Shown: piece by piece, positions 5,542-12,215 of the stretch
Layout of the letters: the number at the start of each line of letters is the position of its first letter
Numbering within the stretch: position 1 is the first letter of the stretch
Source: an uncultured Bacilli bacterium
Lineage (GTDB): Bacteria; Bacillota_I; Bacilli_A; RF39; UBA660
Direction: 5' to 3'
Assembly: GCA_910586635.1 (NCBI GenBank)
Contig: CAJUJA010000019.1
Coordinates: forward strand, 1-20,275
DNA length: 20,275 bases
Notes under the pieces: generated by a model
Told to the model about the DNA's origin: nothing
The model's database searches: none
What the model saw: only the letters and a program-made list of their open reading frames with translations
Program-made: the position numbers and the translations under genes

Positions 5542-7512
5542 ATGGTGATAAATATGGAATTAACTTTATTAGAAGAAGATCAAATTAAAGGAAATAATCG
5601 GTTAGAGATATTTGACAAAATAGGAACAAAGGCAGCAATAACAGACTATGCAATCGCATTAGGGGGATTGGTTGCTTCAAATTTTTTTACAAAAGGTGGA
5701 GAGAATCAGTTAGAATGCAGAACAGGATATTATTGGACTAAAACATGTGATGGGGATAATGACGCCCGCGTCGTTAACTATTATGGTAATAGGAGCCGCA
5801 GCGTTGTTGATCGCCGCTGTGGTGGGATTCGCGTCGCTTTACCGTACTCAGAAATCGCTTCAATCGCCTCGAACGAAGTGAGAGGGCCAGATGGAGTAGT
5901 GCAGTTAGAAGCCGGATACCTTCCAAAAAAAATAACTTCAAAACAATTACAAAAGGAACTAGAAAGAATCTATGATCGAAAAAAAAGATTTTTTCAGAAA
6001 GATACAACTTTAAAGAATATTAGTAAAAACTATACAGTAGATAGTAGAAATTATGATGAGTATTCAGAAAAATTTGATCCTGAGCAATTAGAAGAGGTCG
6101 AATTAACCAATGGAAAAAAGTATACAAGAGTAATTATAAAACCACGTTTTAATGAGAAAATGGTAACATTTTCAGATGGAGAAATTTATCAAGTAGGGGA
6201 TGCTGTTTGGATAGAAAAATGTCCTGTTACATGGTATAGAGACTTAAAAACAGATACCGTTTTTAATAAGGACATCATTGTATCAGGAATACCATTTAAT
6301 CATGAGAGAAATTATACAGGAAATTTTTCTAAAACAGATATGTATAAATATTTAAATACACATTTATTAAAGGATATGGAACTTATTTCTCCACAAATTA
6401 GTTATGATAGTACAAACACAGAAAAAATTGAGGATTCAGTAACAAAAGCGAAAAAGAAAAATCCTTTTGATTTTGACTTCAGTATGGTAGATGAGGAAGA
6501 TATTATAAGGGGTGCTCTTGAGAGTGATGTTCCTATTTACTTACATGGTAGATCCAGTGAAGGAAAAAGTTCTAGAGTAAAACAATATGATCCAGATTGT
6601 GAGATTGTATATTTAGTATCAGCATCTATTGATTCAATTAATGGAAAAAGTGTGTATAATCAGGATACAGGAGAAATGATAGATATCCCTCCAACTTGGT
6701 ATGAACGCCTAAAACAAAAGTGTGAAAATGAGCCAGATAAACTTCATATTGTATTCTTTGATGAATTAGCTAACGCAGACCGCTCGATTAGAAAAAGTAT
6801 TTTTAATATCATTCTTGACAAAGAAATCAATGGAAAATGGAAACTTCCTTCAAACGCAAGGATCGTAGGGGCCGGAAATGAAATAGAAGACTCTAGTGTT
6901 GCAGAGGAACTACCAGCACCTTTATTTAATCGCTTTGCTCATGTATATATTCATACTTCAGTAGAGTCATGGCTTTCGTGGGCTATTACAGATAAAGGAG
7001 AATATGAACGCCTAGATTATAAAAAAGAGGAATTAAAATATAAAATCCATCCTGCTATTTACTCTTTTATAGCATACCGTGGGGAAGATGTATTAAGAAG
7101 TAAATATGATGGAAAAAGACCTAATGCTGATCCGAGAAAATGGGAACTAGCCTCTAAAATATTAGAAAAAACGAATCAACCAGAAATGATTCGTGCTTTG
7201 GTTGGAGAAGAGATTGCTAGTGAATTTATAGGTTTTTGTAGTCAAGAAGTCATTACTTTAGACGATGTATTAAACGATGATTATACAGACTATGATTTAG
7301 AAATGGATATGTCACAAAAGGCTGCTACGGTATTAGCTCTTTCAAATGTAGATATGGAAAATATGGAAAAGGTAAGGAACTTTACCATAAAGTTAGGACC
7401 TTCTTCTTGTGCACAATTTGAGAATCTATGGGCACATGGAGATGCAAATAGATTAGAGCAAATAGAACTCCTTCATATGAAAGATGCTGAAAAAGGGGGT
7501 GTACGAAGATGA
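5542..7512 (+). CDS. DGR target protein: N-terminal VR-bearing (C-type-lectin-fold-like) domain fused to a MoxR/AAA_5-like AAA+ ATPase
   Basis: 656 aa. The VR encodes aa 75-100 (ARVVNYYGNRSRSVVDRRCGGIRVAL). Walker A GRSSEGKS (6547-6570), Walker B IVFFDE (6748-6765), IVGAGNE sensor-like motif, PLFNRF. No signal peptide or TM is apparent. The start could be ATG 5554 (GGTGA 5 nt upstream) instead of 5542. Confidence 0.85.
   Translation: MVINMELTLLEEDQIKGNNRLEIFDKIGTKAAITDYAIALGGLVASNFFTKGGENQLECRTGYYWTKTCDGDNDARVVNYYGNRSRSVVDRRCGGIRVALPYSEIASIASNEVRGPDGVVQLEAGYLPKKITSKQLQKELERIYDRKKRFFQKDTTLKNISKNYTVDSRNYDEYSEKFDPEQLEEVELTNGKKYTRVIIKPRFNEKMVTFSDGEIYQVGDAVWIEKCPVTWYRDLKTDTVFNKDIIVSGIPFNHERNYTGNFSKTDMYKYLNTHLLKDMELISPQISYDSTNTEKIEDSVTKAKKKNPFDFDFSMVDEEDIIRGALESDVPIYLHGRSSEGKSSRVKQYDPDCEIVYLVSASIDSINGKSVYNQDTGEMIDIPPTWYERLKQKCENEPDKLHIVFFDELANADRSIRKSIFNIILDKEINGKWKLPSNARIVGAGNEIEDSSVAEELPAPLFNRFAHVYIHTSVESWLSWAITDKGEYERLDYKKEELKYKIHPAIYSFIAYRGEDVLRSKYDGKRPNADPRKWELASKILEKTNQPEMIRALVGEEIASEFIGFCSQEVITLDDVLNDDYTDYDLEMDMSQKAATVLALSNVDMENMEKVRNFTIKLGPSSCAQFENLWAHGDANRLEQIELLHMKDAEKGGVRR
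5763..5842 (+). repeat. DGR variable repeat (VR)
   Basis: It is the counterpart of TR. Across TR 4197-4271, 15 of 26 TR adenines are substituted in VR while only 1 of 49 non-A positions differs (TR T4227 vs VR G5793). Homology ends after the shared GC-rich block; TR 4271/4274 differ from VR 5837/5840. Confidence 0.9.
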
Positions 7513-7913
7513 TGGATCATTCAAAACTGGAAATGTTAACAACCTATATGAAAGCAAATGTAGCACCTATTTTAGTTGAAAATATTTCTAAAGATGTATT
7601 TGTTGAACAGGCTGTAATTATTGAGGCAACAATTGATAAATCCCTTTTAAATGGACATTATGAAGGAATTGAGTATTTACCTCCTGAGTGGTTTTCTAAA
7701 TTAAAGGAAAAAAAACTTTTAGTTATTAATCAGCTATCCAGTATTCCAAAATCGGATCAGAAAAAATTTATAGAACTTCTAAAATATAAAAAAATTAGTA
7801 CCTTTGAATTACCAGAAAACTGTGTGATTGTTATTACCTGTGAGGACTCTAGGATGATAAATGAAGAAATATATTCATTAGTTGCTCATATAGGAGAACA
7901 AAATGGCAATTGA
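7509..7913 (+). CDS. Hypothetical 134-aa protein translationally coupled between the ATPase and the VWA protein
   Basis: ATGA overlap with the target-gene stop (7509-7512), GGGGGT RBS 8 nt upstream, and an 11-nt overlap with the next ORF. No motif recognised. Confidence 0.7.
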   Translation: MMDHSKLEMLTTYMKANVAPILVENISKDVFVEQAVIIEATIDKSLLNGHYEGIEYLPPEWFSKLKEKKLLVINQLSSIPKSDQKKFIELLKYKKISTFELPENCVIVITCEDSRMINEEIYSLVAHIGEQNGN

Positions 7914-9180
7914 TATTGATGATATTAAGAGAAGGTTATTAATTAAATATCCATCCTTCGGTAGCACGATGGCAAAGGTAAAATTTGTTGAAGACGATAC
8001 TTGTTATTATAAAGGAAAACCTACGGCAGCAACCGATAATGATGCCACATATTTTCATCCGGATTTTATTAATAGTCTGAATAAAAATCAACAAGTTACT
8101 ATTTTTGCACATGAAATTGCACATATCGTATTGGACCACATTGATAGAAGTGGGGGGAAAGATCCAGATATATGGAACGAAGCAACGGATGCTGTTATTA
8201 ATGCTAATTTAAAAAAAGATGGATTAGAAATGGTTCCAGGTATGATTGATAGAGAGGATGCCCTTTATTATGATGAGGAGACATTATATGAAAAACTATA
8301 TAATGAGAAAAAACAAAGTAAAGGTAGGAAGGGACAAAAACCCCATGCATCTCATGGAAAATGGAAAAATGCAGTAGATAATAGAAAAAAGAAAAATCAG
8401 AATTCTATGAATGAGAAGAATAAGGAAAATAAAAATCAAAGTTCTGCGAATGAGGAGAATAAAGAGAATAAGGAAAATTTTACAAACGCAAATGAGCTTT
8501 TTAAAAGTGCTCGAAAAGAAAGAGTAAATAATTTAAAAAAACTAAAGAAGCAGTTAATAGAAAAATCTATGCAGAGTCAATCGAAAGGAACTTCTCAAAA
8601 CCGAAATATAAATAATATTGGAAATGCAACTAAATTAGTAGATTGGAGGATTTTGCTTGGAGATACATGCAAAATAGATGCTGATTGGACTTATCAAAAT
8701 GCAACCATAGAATACGGAGTATTAACTCCACACATGGAGGATATAAAAACAGTAGAAGTGGAGATACTCTTAGATACAAGTGGCTCAGTAAATGAAAATA
8801 TGTTAAGAAATTTTTTGAAAGAGTGCATGGGGATTTTAAAACAAGCTAATATTAAAATAGGTTGCTTTGATGATAGGTTTTATGGATTTCACACGATTCA
8901 TTCAAGAGGACAATTGGAGGATGTTCGGTTAGAAGGTGGAGGAGGGACAGATTTTAATGTAGCTGTAAATGCCTTTACTAAAAATGCTGATTATAAAATT
9001 ATTTTTACAGATGGTTTAGCAAAAATGCCGAATATGGAGGTAAACGCAATTTGGATTGTTTACGGTGGAAAGGTAATTAGCCCAAAAGGAGGAAGGGTAA
9101 TTAATATTGATAATGAAGCATTAAGAAAATTGAATTGTGTACAAACATTTAATCATGAAGTTAGATATAGAGGTAAATAA
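7903..9180 (+). CDS. HExxH metallopeptidase-like N-domain + VWA domain protein (DUF2201-type MoxR partner)
   Basis: AGGAG RBS 6 nt upstream. FAHEIAHIVLDH with HEIAH at 8110-8124. K/N/E-rich low-complexity linker (about 8290-8640). C-terminal VWA with MIDAS-like DTSGS (8773-8787) and GGGTDF. This domain pair next to a MoxR-like ATPase is a known genomic association. Confidence 0.8.
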   Translation: MAIDIDDIKRRLLIKYPSFGSTMAKVKFVEDDTCYYKGKPTAATDNDATYFHPDFINSLNKNQQVTIFAHEIAHIVLDHIDRSGGKDPDIWNEATDAVINANLKKDGLEMVPGMIDREDALYYDEETLYEKLYNEKKQSKGRKGQKPHASHGKWKNAVDNRKKKNQNSMNEKNKENKNQSSANEENKENKENFTNANELFKSARKERVNNLKKLKKQLIEKSMQSQSKGTSQNRNINNIGNATKLVDWRILLGDTCKIDADWTYQNATIEYGVLTPHMEDIKTVEVEILLDTSGSVNENMLRNFLKECMGILKQANIKIGCFDDRFYGFHTIHSRGQLEDVRLEGGGGTDFNVAVNAFTKNADYKIIFTDGLAKMPNMEVNAIWIVYGGKVISPKGGRVINIDNEALRKLNCVQTFNHEVRYRGK

Positions 9181-9355
9181 TACGCCAATTTTATCATTTA
9201 AAGGATTATCTTTAACTTTTCAATAATATATGTTTTTTAAGTCCTATATAATATAAAAATTCATTTTTCTTTTCTAAAGTAGTTTTCCTATTTCTGTGAA
9301 TCCACATATTATTAATACTTATTTCATGATCCTTTTGCCTTCCTAAAAACATCCA

Positions 9356-9484
9356 ACTCTTGCTAAATAAAGTTTGTCTACAAAATTATCAGGAAAAACT
9401 GGAAGAAGATAAAGAAAACGTGATATAATTCAAGAGAAATACTACTTGTTGATAAAGTATTTAACCGTTTTATTTAGCAAGAGT
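9356..9484. repeat. 16-bp perfect inverted repeat pair (ACTCTTGCTAAATAAA 9356-9371 / TTTATTTAGCAAGAGT 9469-9484) bracketing a promoter-like element
   Basis: Verified base by base. The 97-bp spacer contains the extended -10 at 9421-9429. The right arm ends 10 nt before the RBS of the 9509 gene. Confidence 0.6.
9421..9429 (+). promoter_or_regulatory. Extended -10 promoter element TGaTATAAT for the 9509-10718 operon
   Basis: Exact TGnTATAAT match; the -35 is weak. It lies about 80 nt upstream of ATG 9509. Confidence 0.35.
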
Positions 9485-9508
9485 ATTTAGTACGAGGGAG
9501 GTTTGAGA

Positions 9509-10183
9509 ATGTCTGAAATATATTCGGATGCTGATGATTGCCTTGATTTAGCAAGGTATCTAAAGACACAAATGGGGAGAAAAATTAGTTTTTATGGAAG
9601 CACATATCAAGAGGTAATAAGTGGATCTTACTTTTCTGACTTTGAAAGTAAATGTTGTCACGTTTATGGAGAGGGCTTAGCATTTTATTATAAATTTTGT
9701 AAAGAGGGATTTTTAAGAATTGGAATTGGTTCGTTTCCGTTACATAATAATTCTGTAGGGGAGAAATTAGCAGCTTTAAGTAGTTTTTATGAAGCATTGA
9801 GTGAGCAATATGGAGAACCGACTTTTTTTTATACAATAAAGGATGATGATGAGGGTACTTTATCCTTACAATGGTCCTTTGCTAATAAAGAAGAGGATAT
9901 CCAAAATTTAAGAAGCGGAAACTATTTTGACGATGGTGAAATAGATGAGCTGATTGTGATTGATGAACCAAGAACTCAAATGAATAGTTATGAATTAAAC
10001 GATACTACAAAAAAATTTAATGCAAACAAAATTGGCATTCCTTGTGGTTTGATCGATTTAGTTAATGAAAATATAGATGATTTTGTTAAATATAAAACTG
10101 GAAAAGAAATTGGTATCCCAGAAGGAACAAAAATTGATGGTGTTTCTGTAACATCATTTCAAAAGAAAATATCTTTGAAATGA
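9509..10183 (+). CDS. Hypothetical protein
   Basis: The ORF track starts at TTG 9503. ATG 9509 is preferred because GAGGGAGG (9494-9501) lies 7 nt upstream. No recognisable motif, signal peptide or TM. Confidence 0.7.
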   Translation: MSEIYSDADDCLDLARYLKTQMGRKISFYGSTYQEVISGSYFSDFESKCCHVYGEGLAFYYKFCKEGFLRIGIGSFPLHNNSVGEKLAALSSFYEALSEQYGEPTFFYTIKDDDEGTLSLQWSFANKEEDIQNLRSGNYFDDGEIDELIVIDEPRTQMNSYELNDTTKKFNANKIGIPCGLIDLVNENIDDFVKYKTGKEIGIPEGTKIDGVSVTSFQKKISLK

Positions 10184-10217
10184 ATAAAAAAATAATAATA
10201 TTAATAGGTGGTTCAAT

Positions 10218-10718
10218 ATGGAGTCTAAATTAGATAGTTTATTAAAAATAACAAGGGAAAATTATAAAAGGTTATTAGAAGGATATGAAAGACAGGTTAA
10301 AAATAATTTTGGTTTATCAGCAGAAAAAAAGGATGATATAGATAAATTATTTTCTAAGACAGGCGAAAATATATTATCAGAATGTTTAGAAAGATATAGT
10401 TTTAATGTAACTAGAAATTTAGGAAAAAAAACTAATTATTCTGTTGAAATACCAGCCATTGCGAAGAAAGATTTATCAGGAGCAGAAAAACAATACTTGT
10501 TATTCCTATTTTTAAATAAAATGGAAGAGTATTGTTTTGATGAAGTGGGTTTTCAGGGTGCTTCTATTATTAAAAAATATTGCTCAACTAGTAAATTAGA
10601 TCAGGATCTTATTATAGGAAAAAATCCAGATGTATTCTACTCTAGAGAATGTTACTTTTTGCATTTGAGTTTTTCTCCACATAGAACTTATTCAAAAAGA
10701 ATGATTAAAAGTAATTAA
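10218..10718 (+). CDS. Hypothetical protein
   Basis: 166-aa ORF with an AGGTGG RBS 6 nt upstream, 34 nt after the previous stop, so probably in the same operon. No motif recognised. Confidence 0.7.
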   Translation: MESKLDSLLKITRENYKRLLEGYERQVKNNFGLSAEKKDDIDKLFSKTGENILSECLERYSFNVTRNLGKKTNYSVEIPAIAKKDLSGAEKQYLLFLFLNKMEEYCFDEVGFQGASIIKKYCSTSKLDQDLIIGKNPDVFYSRECYFLHLSFSPHRTYSKRMIKSN

Positions 10719-10825
10719 TAATAAGAATAAAGAAAGTTTTTATAAAAAGATCAATCATCATAGAAACATTACTAGTTACATGATATAATATAATAAAGTA
10801 TTAGCAATTAAAGGAGTACATTAAA

Positions 10826-11216
10826 GTGAAGAGTATAGTATTATCTGGTAGTATGAAAGTAAAAGAGGAAATACTAAAAGTTGGGAAAGAATTAGAAAAA
10901 ATGGATTTTGTGTATTACTTCCAGATGAGTATATAAAAAAACAACCGAAAAAATTGCCTCTAGACAACATTTTAATCGAATTATAGATCCTGAGAATGAA
11001 ATTTTGTTAGTAGTAAATTCAAATCGAAATGGGATAGATAATTATATTGGAGCAAATTCATTTGCTGAAATAGCATTTGAATTTCAATTTAATAAGAATG
11101 TATATTTACTAAATGATATTTATGAGCCATTTAAAGATGAATTAATAGGTTGGAATATTAAAGTATTAAAAGGTGATTTATCCTGCTTAATAGATCAAGG
11201 AAATAAACATAATTAA
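10826..11216 (+). pseudogene. Frameshifted small Rossmann-like gene (tentatively nucleoside 2-deoxyribosyltransferase-like family)
   Basis: GTG 10826 with an AAGGAG RBS and an upstream TGaTATAAT. The reading frame continues sensibly only by shifting twice: VKSIVLSGSMKVKEEILKVGKELEK / GFCVLLPDEYIKK / KIASRQHFNRIIDPENEILLVVNSNRNGIDNYIGANSFAEIAFEF.... The shifts map to A-runs at 10896-10901 and at 10935-10941 or 10948-10953. The family assignment is a recollection-level guess. Confidence 0.55.
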
Positions 11217-11256
11217 TTATAAATACAGTTATATGAAATAACTAGGAGGAAATCTT

Positions 11257-12082
11257 ATGCTGATATATAAAAATACATTTGAAGATGAATCTGTAAAGGG
11301 GTATAATTACCCAATAGAAGATCAGTATTATGCGGAAGATACTATTGCAGTTATAGCAGATGGAATAACCAGGGATCCAGATGGAGTAACAGATATATCA
11401 GAGTATAGCTTTTTAGAGTTATTACAAAGATATCCTAGACCAAGTGGAGGAGAACTAGCAGCTAAAGAAATTATTCATACATTTAGAAATAGTAGTAGTC
11501 GTTCATTAAAAGAAAGATTGATTGAGTGTAATAGAGCAGTAAAAAAGTTGAATAATCAGTATATTAAAAAGTGTGATTACTTACAAAATGATTATTATGG
11601 GGCAGTAGCGTCTTGCTGTCAAATAAGGGATGAATGGTTAGAATATGCATATATTTGTGATTGTGGAATTATTGTCTATAATAGTAAAGGTAAAGTTAAA
11701 TTTCAAACAGAAGATGACAAAAAAATTTATAGTGATCCCTATATCAATAAAATTAGAATTCCATGGGAAAAAAGTGAGGCTAGAGTAATTGTAAGAAAGG
11801 ACTTTAGAAATAATGTAAATAACATTCGAGATGGAAGATGGAGCTATTACAGGAGAGTGTAATGCTGAAAGTTTTATTCGTTGTGGTAAGGTAAAATTAG
11901 ATAGAGAAGATATTATTCTAACCTATAGTGATGGTTTTACAGACTTGTTACAGGAAGAAGAGTTTATCAGTCAAATTCTCCATTTTGAAAAAAGTGAGTT
12001 TGAACAATTTATAACAGAAATTTCAAAGAAAGATCCTAAAAAGTATGGAAGAGAAAAAACTTTAGTTATTATGAAAAAATAA
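11257..12082 (+). pseudogene. PP2C-like protein phosphatase gene disrupted by a 7-bp tandem duplication
   Basis: AGGAGG RBS. ORFs 11257..11862 and 11831..12082 join into one frame if one copy of AGATGGA (11829-11835 / 11836-11842) is removed, giving ...NNIRDGAITGECNAESF.... PP2C-like motifs are AVIADGITRD and LTYSDGFTDLL. Confidence 0.6.
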
Positions 12083-12215
12083 AAATTTAGTGAAGTTAAG
12101 TAATATAACCTTACCTTTTTGTCTCTTTTATTATATATTGAATTCAACAACAAAAAGAGATAGTATTATAATAAAACTTATGTTATAATATTTACCAATA
12201 CAAAGAAGGGATATT

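Larger units (their letters stand above)
3538..7512 (+). mobile_element. Diversity-generating retroelement (DGR) cassette: avd - TR - spacer - RT - target gene with VR
   Basis: An Avd-like gene, a DGR-type RT, and a TR/VR pair with adenine-specific mismatches all lie within 2.3 kb on one strand. See the individual features. Confidence 0.88.

Noticed and set aside
5837-5900. Cruciform or hairpin immediately downstream of VR, as described for the Bordetella phage DGR
   Set aside because: I found only a weak 4-5 bp imperfect stem (CGCTTC ... GAAGTG) with a 13-nt loop. That is not convincing without folding software.
11004-11216. 11004..11216 and 11831..12082 as independent small genes
   Set aside because: Neither has an RBS, and both continue the reading of upstream fragments after frameshifts. 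They are better explained as pseudogene fragments.
12121-12172. Terminator/promoter pair between the PP2C pseudogene and the 724-aa gene (TCTCTTTT ... AAAAGAGA stem; TATAAT at 12167-12172)
   Set aside because: The stem encloses a 22-nt loop and the best -35 candidate matches only 4/6. This is too weak to list as a feature.
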